In this document: positions 1 through 9,661 of the stretch, in pieces
Layout: the number at the start of each line of letters is the position of its first letter
Position numbering within the stretch: the first letter of the stretch is position 1
DNA from: an uncultured Bdellovibrionales bacterium
GTDB lineage: Bacteria > Patescibacteriota > Minisyncoccia > Moranbacterales > DUUL01
Direction: 5' to 3'
DNA: 37,461 nucleotides
Assembly (NCBI GenBank): GCA_964406325.1
Contig: CAYORE010000018.1
Location: 1-37,461 of the forward strand
The notes under the pieces: generated by a model
Told to the model about the DNA's origin: nothing
The model's input: the letters and a program-made list of their open reading frames with translations, nothing else
Database searches by the model: none
Position numbers and translations under genes: made by a program

Positions 1-10
1 AATACAAAAA

Positions 11-39
11 AACGGTCGCATCCTAAGGATGCGACCGTT
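11..39 (-). terminator. Intrinsic terminator downstream of rnj
   Basis: Perfect 13-bp stem aacggtcgcatcc / ggatgcgaccgtt with a 3-nt loop. On the minus strand it is followed by a T-run (the a-run at 6-10 on plus). It lies about 50 nt past the rnj stop. Confidence 0.6.
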
Positions 40-87
40 ACTTGTTTTTTATTTGTGTAGTATTTATTTTTTAATTGAGTCTATTTG

Positions 88-2010
88 TTAAACCTCAATA
101 ATCACCGGAATAATCATTGGACGGCGTTGGGTTTTTTGAAAAAGAAAAGTTCCCACTTCTTCCCGAATTCGTTTATTAAGAATCCCCCAATTGATTTTGG
201 TTTTACTGGACTTGGAAGTATTTTTGGCAATAACTTTTTTAACCGTTTCTTTGGTGGCATTAATCAAGTCAAAATTTTCCTTAACATGAACAAATCCTCT
301 GGAAGTTACTTGAACATTCCCGTTTACTTTCTTGGTTTTACTGTCAATAATTACCGTGATCATAAAAATACCATCTTCCGCTAACATTTGCCGATCTCGC
401 AAGACGATATGTTCCACTTCGTTAACTCCCAGTCCGTCAATAAATACATAATCCGTCGGTACTTTTTCCTTAAGAACTTGCGGTTTGTTTTTGTGGATAT
501 TAAAAATATTTCCATTGTCCAAAATAAAAATATTTTTTGCTTTCATCCCGATTTCCAACGCCAACTTGCGAGCTTCTTTGAGAAAATAGTGATAAGCGTA
601 AACGGGGATATAATAATCCGGTTTAACTTGTTTAAGCATTGCTTGAATATCGGAGGCGTTACAGTGTCCACTGACATGAATGTCCATCATATTACTGTGA
701 ATAACATTATCGCATTTACGATAAAGATTATCCTTTAGTCTTTGAATGGTGTTTTCATTGCCGGGAATAACCGAAGAGGAAAAGACAACCGTATCTTTTT
801 TCTTAAGTTTAACAAAGCGATGATTATCCGTAACAATTTTAGATAAAGCGGCATTACTTTCCCCTTGAGCACCGGTACAAAGGATTACCAATTTATCTTC
901 AGGGTAATTGTGGATATGTTTAATATCAATCAGAGCCCGTTTATTGGTTTTAATATAACCGAGTTCTTGGGCTAGCTTGATATTTAATTTCATACTATAA
1001 CCATCCAAGGCCACCTTTTTGCCGAATTTATCCGCTATCTCAATAATATTTTTAATCCGATCAATTTGAGAAGAAAACATTCCAATAATAACCTTACCCT
1101 TAGCTTCGGTGATAATTTTTTCTAAATTGTCATACATAGTTTTTTCGGAAGTGGGACTATTGTGATCGGTTGCCCCCAAACTTTCCAACATTAAGATGGT
1201 GGGGCGGGGCAGTTTCGCCAATTCACTGTAATCCATTGTTCGTTGTCCCCGGTCGTCGCGAGCAACCGTCCAGTCTCCGGGATGTATTACGGTACCGTCC
1301 GGTGTTTCCAAAATAACTCCGACCGCATCCATAATAGAGTGTTCAATTTTAAAGAAACTGACCTTAAAATTTCCGAATTTAAATGTTTGTTTAATATCCT
1401 TGATGTGAGTAGCTTTCAATCTTTTGGCTGATCCTTTCTGGTGGTCTTCCATTCGGTTTTTAATCAGAGCCAAAGTGAAATCTCGCCCAACAACGGGAGG
1501 ATAGTTTAATTGCTCCAAAAGAATGGGGGCGGCCCCAATGTGATCCAAATGTCCGTGGCTAAAAATAACCGCTCGGATACGCTTTTCTTTTCCACGCAGG
1601 TAAGAAATATCGGGAACAATATAATCCACTCCCGGCATATCTTCTTCCGGGAATTGAATACCCATATCCAAAATAACAATATCATTTCCATATTCAAATA
1701 CGGTCATATTTCTTCCAACTTCTTCCTGTCCGCCCAAGGGAATTATTTTTAAGCCCTTGATTTTTGTTAAATCAAGAGAGCTTTTATCTTTTTGTCCCTT
1801 GGTTATTTTTGTAGAAGTTGCTCGTCGCCCTCGTTTCTTTTGATTGGTGTTGCTTTTTCTCGCGGGTCGCTTCTTCTGCTTCTTAACGGTCTCTTTTTCC
1901 AAGTGAGCCGTTCTTTTTTTAAGACTTTTTTGATGAGCTTTCATCTCGTCAATAAGACTGTTTATCGCCGATTTAGGTTCGGCGTATTTCACCTGTCGTT
2001 TTTTAGTCAT
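88..2010 (-). CDS. rnj: Ribonuclease J (metallo-beta-lactamase / beta-CASP fold) with a lysine/arginine-rich N-terminal extension of about 85 aa
   Basis: 640-aa ORF. The core starts LKIIPLGGQEEVGRNMTVFEY. It carries the HGHLDHIGA zinc-binding motif and a typical RNase J C-terminal region. Confidence 0.9.
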   Translation of the reverse strand: MTKKRQVKYAEPKSAINSLIDEMKAHQKSLKKRTAHLEKETVKKQKKRPARKSNTNQKKRGRRATSTKITKGQKDKSSLDLTKIKGLKIIPLGGQEEVGRNMTVFEYGNDIVILDMGIQFPEEDMPGVDYIVPDISYLRGKEKRIRAVIFSHGHLDHIGAAPILLEQLNYPPVVGRDFTLALIKNRMEDHQKGSAKRLKATHIKDIKQTFKFGNFKVSFFKIEHSIMDAVGVILETPDGTVIHPGDWTVARDDRGQRTMDYSELAKLPRPTILMLESLGATDHNSPTSEKTMYDNLEKIITEAKGKVIIGMFSSQIDRIKNIIEIADKFGKKVALDGYSMKLNIKLAQELGYIKTNKRALIDIKHIHNYPEDKLVILCTGAQGESNAALSKIVTDNHRFVKLKKKDTVVFSSSVIPGNENTIQRLKDNLYRKCDNVIHSNMMDIHVSGHCNASDIQAMLKQVKPDYYIPVYAYHYFLKEARKLALEIGMKAKNIFILDNGNIFNIHKNKPQVLKEKVPTDYVFIDGLGVNEVEHIVLRDRQMLAEDGIFMITVIIDSKTKKVNGNVQVTSRGFVHVKENFDLINATKETVKKVIAKNTSKSSKTKINWGILNKRIREEVGTFLFQKTQRRPMIIPVIIEV

Positions 2011-2214
2011 ATTTTTTGATTTACTAATTTTTTAGAAACAACAAAAATAAAAATCATTTTGTCAAATGACCAAATTTCAGTTGTAGTAAAGGAATTAAAA
2101 TAATTCCCTAATAGTTAAAATATTTTTATTTGATACTTTTAGAAATCTTCTGAAAATCGGCGATTGGTACTTGCAGAAAATTTCTAAAAATAATTAAAAG
2201 TATTTATTAATTTA

Positions 2215-3231
2215 TTAAAAAGTGTTTAATTCTTTTTTAAATTCCTCAATCATCGGTACGGCGTTAGGGTCGGTTTGGTAGTGTAGGGCCAAGTAATAAG
2301 ATGTCCAATCAGCCAGGATGATATTGGAAAAAATTTTAAAGAAAATATTTTCCGAAGAGAGATTTATTGCTGAACCGGAAATATTCTTCTCGGCTAAAAA
2401 TTTAGCCGTTAGATCATATCGCTTTAAGTTGCGAGGATCGTCTTCGGGGTCACGAAGCATTATAATAAAATAATCCGTTTGGGGATTGGTAAAACCGATA
2501 AATTCATTATGATTTAACTCGGGAAAAACATTGAAAAAAGCCGGAATTTTGGTATTTTCGTTAAATTTAATCTTCCAAATCATCGCCAAGGAAGAAAAAG
2601 TATTGGAAGAATATATCAAAGGTGTTTTTTGGTGTAATTTTTCGGAAAATTCTTTACCGTTTTTCTCTAACCATTCGGCTTTGTCGTTTAACTTTTGGGC
2701 GGAATCTGTAATTTCAGCGGTTAAATCCGGTAATTTTCGTTCGTTGATTAATATTTGAATGAGTGCAAAGAAGAAATACCCGACAGCCATTCGTGGTTGA
2801 AAATCTTTTGACGGTTTTGGTAGTTTAATATGAGGAACACCGTTCTTCAAGGCCATCTTTTCCACTAATCCTCCACTGGAAATGGCAATTATGTTTAAAT
2901 TATTAACAAGCGCTTCTTGAAAAGAGGAGACGGTTTCCTCAGTATTCCCGGAATAAGAACAAATAATATTTAAACAATCATCAAAAGCTTCCGGAGGTAA
3001 TTTATAGGAACGATTCCGATGAATTCTCATTATAGCATTATTTTTATTTCTTGTCAAGCTTCTTTGATAGGTATCTAAAATTTCTCCCGGTAAAGCGCTT
3101 CCACCCATGCCGGAAATAACAATTTGAGAAAAGTCTTTCACTGACCGAACATTTTCAGCCAATTTTAATCCCTGGGTAAATTGCTCCGGCAAAGACAAGA
3201 TGCTTTGACGAAAATCTGTTTCTGAAGGCAT
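2215..3231 (-). CDS. Bifunctional phosphoglucose/phosphomannose isomerase family protein (SIS domain)
   Basis: 338-aa ORF with the SIS-type GMGGSALPGEIL motif near the N-terminus. Its length and C-terminal part are typical of the PGI/PMI family. Confidence 0.7.
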   Translation of the reverse strand: MPSETDFRQSILSLPEQFTQGLKLAENVRSVKDFSQIVISGMGGSALPGEILDTYQRSLTRNKNNAIMRIHRNRSYKLPPEAFDDCLNIICSYSGNTEETVSSFQEALVNNLNIIAISSGGLVEKMALKNGVPHIKLPKPSKDFQPRMAVGYFFFALIQILINERKLPDLTAEITDSAQKLNDKAEWLEKNGKEFSEKLHQKTPLIYSSNTFSSLAMIWKIKFNENTKIPAFFNVFPELNHNEFIGFTNPQTDYFIIMLRDPEDDPRNLKRYDLTAKFLAEKNISGSAINLSSENIFFKIFSNIILADWTSYYLALHYQTDPNAVPMIEEFKKELNTF

Positions 3232-3241
3232 TTTTAAGATT

Positions 3242-4993
3242 TTATTTTTTAATTCGTTTTGTTTTGATGTACCAGTTGTTGAGGTTGTTTAAGCGACTGC
3301 CGGTTTTAATAATGGCCTTTTCTTCAACCCCTTTTATTTTGCTGTTTAAAACATAGATATACTTTGGACTGTAAAGGAAAATTGCCGGAGAGTCTTTTAA
3401 CAGATGTTTACTTATCTCAATATATTTTTTATTTTCATCAGAAATAGAAGTGGCCTTTTTTGATTCTTCCAATAATTTATCCACATCTTTATTGTCATAA
3501 AGAGTAAAGTTTAATCCCGGATTCTTCTTTCCACTGGAGTGCCAAAAGAAAAATAAATTGGGGTCATTACCGGAATATTGCAGACCTAAGATGAGACTTT
3601 CAAACTTTCGGGGGTTTAGATATTTCTGTCGGATATCCAGCTGGTTGTCGCTGTTAACTATTTCCACCGCTACACCTACTTTTTGCCACTGTTCTTTGAT
3701 TATCTCGGCGGTTTTCAGTAAGTCATCGGTAGAACTTACCACCAATTGCAATTTTAATTCACTGCCTTCTTTAGTGCGAACGGAAGAATTTTTTTCTATA
3801 TTCCAGCCGGCCTTTTCTAAAAGTTTTATAGCTTTCTCCGGCGAATATTCCGTTAATTCACTGTCATAATTAAAATCTTCTTTAATAAAAGGTTTAATCA
3901 AAGGAGAGTATATTTTTTCGGCATAGCCATGAAAAATTTTGTCTATAATTTCGTCACGATTGGTTGCTAAGCGAAGAGCTTGACGCACTCTTTCATCGGC
4001 CAGAGGTACGGAACCGCCCTGGTTTAAAAGAACGGTAAAATATTGGGGGATATTAAGACTGTGCAAGTTGGTGTCTTGACGATTTTGAAAATCACTGATT
4101 TTGTCATATTTAATTAAACCAAACCCGTTAATCTCTTTCTTATTGTAAGCATTAATCACTTCCTCCTGATTGGCGTAAAAGTTAAATATCAGTCTGTTTA
4201 AATATGGTTTTTGCCCGTAATAATTTTTATTGGCAATCAATTTGTAGGAAATAATTTCATCACGATCGTTCTTTTTGATTTCATCAAAAATAAATGGTCC
4301 GGAACCAACCGGATTCAAATTTAATTCAACCAAAGAAAATTTATCACCGGATATTGATGACCAAAGATGTTTTGGTAAAACGCCAAAGGTTAACTTGCTG
4401 AGAAAGGGGGCGTAGGGTTCCGATAATTCAAAGATAACCGTTTGTTCGTCCGGATTGGAAACTTTAATGGTTTCTTTATTCCACTCCTTAATTCCGGAGG
4501 GATTATAATTGGGATCTTGTAATAATTGTACGGTAAAAACGATATCTTCGGCGGTTAGGCGTTCTCCGTCATGCCACAAAACATTATCTTTCAAGTGAAG
4601 AGTGTATTTTTTACCATCGTCGGAGATGTTATAATCCTTAACCAAATCATTTTTTAACTGTCCTTCATTATCATAAGTAAATAAAGCGGAAAAAACCACG
4701 GAAGAAATTAACTCATCTATGGGACGAGCAATGGACAAAATGGGGTTGATATTTTTCGGTGTCCCGGCGGAATTTACCGGAATACCCTCGGTGTATTCTC
4801 CGCCGAAGGCCGGCACAACCTTGGTGGCGGAAAAATAGTACCTGACGGAGCCACCGAGCAACAATAAAACAAATAAAGAAAGAGCTGTATAAAGAGCTAA
4901 TTTTTCTTTCGGTTTTAATATTTTACCGAGATATTTCAGTTTGGTTAGAAAAGATATTTTTGTTGGTTGATCGTTTTTATCATCAGAAGACAT
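3242..4993 (-). CDS. ABC transporter substrate-binding protein, peptide/nickel type (SBP family 5), membrane-anchored
   Basis: 583-aa ORF with an N-terminal hydrophobic anchor (LALYTALSLFVLLLLGG). Length and sequence style fit the family-5 solute-binding fold (LHLKDNVLWHDGERLTAEDIVFT). Confidence 0.75.
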   Translation of the reverse strand: MSSDDKNDQPTKISFLTKLKYLGKILKPKEKLALYTALSLFVLLLLGGSVRYYFSATKVVPAFGGEYTEGIPVNSAGTPKNINPILSIARPIDELISSVVFSALFTYDNEGQLKNDLVKDYNISDDGKKYTLHLKDNVLWHDGERLTAEDIVFTVQLLQDPNYNPSGIKEWNKETIKVSNPDEQTVIFELSEPYAPFLSKLTFGVLPKHLWSSISGDKFSLVELNLNPVGSGPFIFDEIKKNDRDEIISYKLIANKNYYGQKPYLNRLIFNFYANQEEVINAYNKKEINGFGLIKYDKISDFQNRQDTNLHSLNIPQYFTVLLNQGGSVPLADERVRQALRLATNRDEIIDKIFHGYAEKIYSPLIKPFIKEDFNYDSELTEYSPEKAIKLLEKAGWNIEKNSSVRTKEGSELKLQLVVSSTDDLLKTAEIIKEQWQKVGVAVEIVNSDNQLDIRQKYLNPRKFESLILGLQYSGNDPNLFFFWHSSGKKNPGLNFTLYDNKDVDKLLEESKKATSISDENKKYIEISKHLLKDSPAIFLYSPKYIYVLNSKIKGVEEKAIIKTGSRLNNLNNWYIKTKRIKK

Positions 4994-5188
4994 TGTGTTG
5001 TATTTAATAAGTTACCTGAAAAGATTTTGTCAAATACAAAAACGGTAGCAATAACTTAATTTTTAATAAATTAATTAACAAACCGAACTGTTAAGAATGA
5101 AAAATAATTAAATTTAAAATTAAAATCGTTAAAAGCGGTTCCATTCAATTTGACCTTAACCTGAAAAAGTTAAGCGGAAATCCTTTTT

Positions 5189-5416
5189 TTAACCGGCTAC
5201 GCTAACGACAAAAATAATACCGGCATTTAAAATAAACAATCCTCCCAAAATAGCGGAGGTGATGGTAAGAAATTTTTCCATTCCTCTCTTGGTGTGAAAA
5301 CCGGAAAAGTCACCACCAAAAGTTGCGGACAATCCGGTCCCCTTATTTTGCAACAAAATAGTAATCATTAAACTGAGGGAGAGGATAATTTGTAAACCGT
5401 ATAAAAATTTTAACAT
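5189..5416 (-). CDS. secG: Preprotein translocase subunit SecG
   Basis: 75-aa two-TM protein with the SecG signature LLQNKGTGLSATFGG. Its start codon shares one nucleotide with the stop of the upstream gene (TAATG). Confidence 0.8.
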   Translation of the reverse strand: MLKFLYGLQIILSLSLMITILLQNKGTGLSATFGGDFSGFHTKRGMEKFLTITSAILGGLFILNAGIIFVVSVAG

Positions 5417-5769
5417 TAGTTTTCAAAAATATTTATAATTAAAGAATTGACAATACTGATAATTATTAAGCCCAGTACTCCGGCTACGAGAGAATTAATG
5501 GTAAAGAAACTGAAAAGAGAACTGGTGTAATACAAAAGAAGGATATTAATCACAAAACTGAATAGACCGAAAGTTAAAAGGATTAACGGGAATGACAACA
5601 GTTTTACTAACGGTCGTACCAAAGTGTTGATAATTCCCAGTACGGCACCGATTTTTAGAAATCCGACATAATCGGTACTTATCTGAAAGCCGGGAATTAA
5701 CTTGCTGGCCACATAAAGAGCCAAGGCGTTGCTGACTACCAAAATAATCAACTTAAATAATAGTTTCAT
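5416..5769 (-). CDS. Small multi-pass membrane protein, phage-holin-4_2 / DUF360-like
   Basis: 117 aa, 3-4 predicted TM helices. The N-terminal LIPGFQI motif is typical of this family. Confidence 0.55.
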   Translation of the reverse strand: MKLLFKLIILVVSNALALYVASKLIPGFQISTDYVGFLKIGAVLGIINTLVRPLVKLLSFPLILLTFGLFSFVINILLLYYTSSLFSFFTINSLVAGVLGLIIISIVNSLIINIFEN

Positions 5770-6040
5770 TGTTTTTTGATTGAAGGTTTATAATTTAAAG
5801 CACTTTTAATATTTTCGTTTGAAATTATATGGAAAAAATAAAATAATTTCCAAACATTACAAATATAATTCACTGTATGAAGAATTTAAGATAAAAAATT
5901 CAAACCTGACCAAAATCATTGTTATTCCATCGTTATCAACTATAACAGGGAAAAGTTAGGTAGTCAACCTTGACAAAAACAATAAAATGTTTCTTTATTG
6001 TTTAATCATTAAAGCAGTCATCTTTACAGAGTGTTTATTA

Positions 6041-6205
6041 TGATATAATATTAAACAAGAGCAAGGAGATGATTGGAGTGTTGGTAAAAACTGATGTGAA
6101 AAAGTGGTCTGAAAAAGCAATTAATATTTACCAACCAACTCCCCGAATCGTCCTGACGGAGAAATGCCGTCAGAAATGAAGGGTGTCGGGAGGTGAAAGG
6201 TTTAT
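6041..6205 (+). promoter_or_regulatory. Extended -10 promoter (TGaTATAAT, 6041-6049) followed by a GC-enriched, structured leader of about 150 nt
   Basis: Long-range helix 6075-6088 with 6127-6142 (9 bp, a 2-nt bulge, then 5 bp). 7-bp hairpin ctgacgg/ccgtcag at 6153-6173. cccga (6142-6146) can pair with tcggg (6186-6190), which overlaps the GGAGG at 6189-6193. Confidence 0.3.
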
Positions 6206-6760
6206 TTGAAAAATAATTTATTAATTCGGAATATGGATATTTTGGAAATCGTAACAAGTGTAAATGAATTTTTAAACCGGTCTGCTATTTTTCAAGGTAT
6301 AAAATTTGTTTTGGCAATTTATTTAATTGTATTGTTTTTGGATATTGCGTTAATGATTTTTGTTATGGTAAAAAAACGAGGGTACTGGTATGATTTTTCT
6401 TTCGGGCGAACTATTCCCAAAATAATCGGCACTATGGATAAGCGATGGAAAGAAGTGGCGGAAATGATAAAAAGAGGAAATCCAAATGATTATAAATCGG
6501 CGGTGGTGGAAGCGGGAGAAATGGTTTACGAAATTCTGAAAAAAATAGGGTATCCCGGAGAAACTTTAACTGAACAATTGGACAAAATGGTTGGTTATCA
6601 AATCTCAAACTTGGAGAAAGTAAGAAAAGCCACTGCTTTGAGAGATGCCATTTTAGCCGATGCCAACTATGAAATTTCCGAGGAAGAAGCCAAAGAAGCG
6701 GTAATTGAATTTGGAGAAGTTTTGAAAGAAATGGAGGCAATTCATAATATTTTAATTTAG
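6206..6760 (+). CDS. Hypothetical membrane-anchored protein (one N-terminal TM, helical C-terminal domain)
   Basis: 184-aa ORF with a TTG start 12 nt downstream of GGAGG. An in-frame alternative ATG lies at 6233. TM segment IKFVLAIYLIVLFLDIALMIFVMV. No recognisable catalytic motif. Confidence 0.6.
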   Translation: MKNNLLIRNMDILEIVTSVNEFLNRSAIFQGIKFVLAIYLIVLFLDIALMIFVMVKKRGYWYDFSFGRTIPKIIGTMDKRWKEVAEMIKRGNPNDYKSAVVEAGEMVYEILKKIGYPGETLTEQLDKMVGYQISNLEKVRKATALRDAILADANYEISEEEAKEAVIEFGEVLKEMEAIHNILI

Positions 6761-6769
6761 AGACATTTT

Positions 6770-7879
6770 ATGAAAGATATTGTAGAAATAGATTTTAACA
6801 ATCCGGATATTTATCAAGAAAAAATTTGGGGAAATAGTGAAGAAGTCCTTTCTTTTGTTGGTAGGGACAAAGATGATTTCGCCGGTAAAAATATCGGCGA
6901 GATATTTTTGGTATCCACTCACCCGGCCGGTTTAAGCAAGTTTACCAACGGGCGATTGTTAAGAGATGAAATACATAATGAAGAATCCGTCTTTGGTAAA
7001 ACCGTCGGACCAAAAGGAGATTTTCCTTTGCTTTTAAAAGTGTTATCTGCCAAAGAAGCTTTATCTATTCAAACCCATTACAAAAATAAAACTGAATCCT
7101 GGTACGCCTTGTCTGACGGGGAGATGCTTTACGGCTTGACGGAGAAAGGAGAGCAAATTATTCAAACAATTGAAGGGCGAAAAAAAATGGCAAATATTTT
7201 GGCGACAGCCACAACGGTTGAAGAGGTGTCTGAATATTTTAATTATGTTAAATTTAAAGCCGGTGAAACTTTTTTGATTTACGCCGGCATACCGCATGCT
7301 TTGTTAAGAGGAACAATTTTGGAACCGCAAAAGAATTCCAATTTGACCATCAGAGGCGGTGATTGGGGAAGAAAAAATCCAAATCGTCCCTTACACATTG
7401 AAGATTTTTTTGCCTCCATCTATCCTTATCAAATTTCCACTAAGCCCATTGCCCCCAAGAGTAAAATTTATCGAACAGATAAAGAAACACCGATTAATTC
7501 GGAACACACTTGTCTGGTGGCGACAAAAGATTTTGCCTTGGATAAAATAGTTTTAGAAGACGGCAAAAGGATGTTGGAGACTTTTACGGATAGATTTTTT
7601 ATTGTTTTGGTAAAGCGAGGAGAGATAGAAATTAATAATGGAGTAGTATATAAAAAAGTAAAAAAAGGAGAGATTTTCATTTTGGGAGCGACCGCTAACG
7701 AGTGGACCTTTCAAGGGACGGGAGAAGTTTTGTTGGTGTATGTTCCTCACTTAAAAAAAGGGATAATCACTCCCTTAAAAAACAGTGGCTACACTTATGA
7801 AGAAATTGCCGAAATTGGCGGACCAACCTTGAAAGAAAACGATGTTTATATTGAAATGAAAGAGTTGGGGTTATTGTAA
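6770..7879 (+). CDS. Class I phosphomannose isomerase-like cupin protein
   Basis: 369-aa ORF. LSIQTHYKNKTESWYAL matches the type I PMI metal-binding Q-x-H ... E-x-W-Y pattern. A later GIPHAL supplies the distal His. Confidence 0.6.
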   Translation: MKDIVEIDFNNPDIYQEKIWGNSEEVLSFVGRDKDDFAGKNIGEIFLVSTHPAGLSKFTNGRLLRDEIHNEESVFGKTVGPKGDFPLLLKVLSAKEALSIQTHYKNKTESWYALSDGEMLYGLTEKGEQIIQTIEGRKKMANILATATTVEEVSEYFNYVKFKAGETFLIYAGIPHALLRGTILEPQKNSNLTIRGGDWGRKNPNRPLHIEDFFASIYPYQISTKPIAPKSKIYRTDKETPINSEHTCLVATKDFALDKIVLEDGKRMLETFTDRFFIVLVKRGEIEINNGVVYKKVKKGEIFILGATANEWTFQGTGEVLLVYVPHLKKGIITPLKNSGYTYEEIAEIGGPTLKENDVYIEMKELGLL

Positions 7880-8045
7880 AAATATTTTTGAAAAAAGCAA
7901 TAAAAATATCCTTTTCAATTGTCGGTAATCGGTGATCAGCGACCGGTGGCCGGTAGACGGTGATCAGTTTAATTAAAAATTATATCTATCAAGGAAGGAT
8001 TTAAAAAATCTAATTTGTGAAATTGGAATTTTATTTACCTAATAA

Positions 8046-8079
8046 TAGTCCGACCACCGGAAATCTGGTGGTCGGACTA
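8046..8079. terminator. Bidirectional hairpin terminator between convergent genes
   Basis: 13-bp stem tagtccgaccacc / ggtggtcggacta with an 8-nt loop, flanked by A/T-rich runs. It lies between the 3' ends of 6770-7879 (+) and 8119-9420 (-). Confidence 0.6.
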
Positions 8080-8118
8080 TTAATTGTCGGTTAAATTGTC
8101 AGTTGTAAAAAAATCTAT

Positions 8119-9420
8119 TTAAGCTCGCTCATTATCATCCCCTTTTTCTTCTGTTAGTTTGAGCATTTTAGAAAAATACATATTAACATCTCTAATCCAC
8201 TTATTGGCGGCCGCTTGTCCGCCGGTAGCGTTACAATCAGAACCACACTTCCAAAGAACCATCTCCTGGGGAGTGTCCACTCCGGATTTTATCAATCTTT
8301 CAATTCTTCCCCCAACCGTATTAACAGCATCTTCCGGACTGTCAAAACAAGTGTGTCCGCCGGTACCCATCTTTTTACGAATTCCCCGATAGCCCCAATA
8401 ATTGAAACAATCTTTCCCGTTTAAAACCGGCACCCGACGACCGTAATTGCTTTCTTTTTTGGCAATGCCGACCAAAAACGCCGCCACTTTTTTATCTTTT
8501 TTGGCTATGTAGGGAGCCATTTTTTCCATCGGCGTTCCGGCAACCATTTTTAGGATTTTTTCTTCCAATTTGTCGGCTTTTGTTTCTTCAAATTCCCGTA
8601 AAGTATTTAAAACAATAGGGTCAATACTTTGGTTGTCGGCGTCAGAGTTGATAATATTTTTTTCATCTTTGGCTCCCAGGACGGCAACTTCATTTTTAAA
8701 ACCATTCCCCGGTAATTCCTCTTTATTGACAACCAGGTTCTGTTGTTTTTTGGTAAGAGCGGTTAAAATTTCTTTATTTGATTGGTTGTTCAAATAAATG
8801 ATTATTCCGGTAGCAATTAAAAGAACAATGGCAAAATTCGCCACAAATAATTTTGTTTGAAAAATTGATCGGTAATTGGAAGTAAGGAGAAGATTGATTG
8901 ATTTTTTCCGATAAAAGGATTTGTCAAGCCGATTTTGTTGTTGTGCCGGTAGTAACTGTTGCTCAAGTGATTGTTTGTTGTCATAAAACGAGTTAGCAAA
9001 CTTTCGTTTAGTGGGTTTGGTAATTAATGGTTGATTGTTTTGGTGAGAGTGGAGTGATTGTTTTCTTTCGCTAGTTCGTTTTTGCAAGGTAATAACTTTT
9101 TCCGTTTTAGGAGAATGAATAATTTTTTGAAAATATATTTCCGGCTTAACAGTGTCAACCAGAGAAACTTTCTTGGTTCCTAATTTAACCCAACATCCCT
9201 TCTTGATGTTAACCAATTTTTCTTTATCTATAAAATCTTTTTTTATGCCATCTATAAAGAAATCTCTGCGATGCTTAGATACAAACAAAGTCTCTCCCTG
9301 AGAAGAGTTTTTTATTTGTCTTCTTTTTCTCTCCGCATCCTCCCGGTTGGTAAAAAGATATCTGAAATCCGGCTTATTATTACTATCCGTTAAACAATAG
9401 TAATAATGTTTAATTTTCAT
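8119..9420 (-). CDS. Membrane-anchored hypothetical protein; its C-terminal Cys-containing domain of about 130 aa is shared with the 9662-10471 product
   Basis: 433 aa with one TM (FVANFAIVLLIATGIIIYL). C-terminal block GTPMEKM...FLVGIAKKES...CFNYWGYRG...GTGGHTCFDSPEDAV...WKCG..C...WI.DV..YF is roughly 55-60% identical by eye to the neighbouring paralog. Confidence 0.8.
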   Translation of the reverse strand: MKIKHYYYCLTDSNNKPDFRYLFTNREDAERKRRQIKNSSQGETLFVSKHRRDFFIDGIKKDFIDKEKLVNIKKGCWVKLGTKKVSLVDTVKPEIYFQKIIHSPKTEKVITLQKRTSERKQSLHSHQNNQPLITKPTKRKFANSFYDNKQSLEQQLLPAQQQNRLDKSFYRKKSINLLLTSNYRSIFQTKLFVANFAIVLLIATGIIIYLNNQSNKEILTALTKKQQNLVVNKEELPGNGFKNEVAVLGAKDEKNIINSDADNQSIDPIVLNTLREFEETKADKLEEKILKMVAGTPMEKMAPYIAKKDKKVAAFLVGIAKKESNYGRRVPVLNGKDCFNYWGYRGIRKKMGTGGHTCFDSPEDAVNTVGGRIERLIKSGVDTPQEMVLWKCGSDCNATGGQAAANKWIRDVNMYFSKMLKLTEEKGDDNERA

Positions 9421-9457
9421 TTGGGTGATTTTAGTATTTTTAACAATAACTATATAA

Positions 9458-9486
9458 AGTATATATCAATACAAGCATCTTGTCAA
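9458..9486 (-). promoter_or_regulatory. Sigma70-like promoter for the 8119-9420 gene
   Basis: Minus strand reads TTGACA, a 17-nt spacer, then TATACT, about 40 nt upstream of the start codon. Confidence 0.5.
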
Positions 9487-9661
9487 AATAACAAGATTGT
9501 TTCCATATCTCTTTTTTGTCTACCTTTTTAAGCCGACAATCGGTAAATCAGTAATCTATTGGTTGGTGGCAGTTTTTGATTGATGGGTGAAGGGGTAACA
9601 CCAAAAACGGAACTTGGAAGTAGTCCCTTTTAAAGTTTTTTAGCCATTAAGACCAAAAAAA

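Noticed and set aside
85-738. Plus-strand ORFs (99 and 116 aa) at the window start
   Set aside because: They lie entirely antisense within the well-supported RNase J gene. The translations are low-complexity and have no motifs.
6051-6257. 68-aa minus-strand ORF in the 5770-6205 spacer
   Set aside because: It has no RBS and overlaps the start of the plus-strand gene. The region is better explained as a structured non-coding leader.
7909-8105. Short direct repeats (cggtgatcag x2, aattgtcgg x2) around the 8046-8079 terminator
   Set aside because: The units are only 9-10 nt and are built from recurring cggt/gatc words. That is too short to distinguish from chance by eye.
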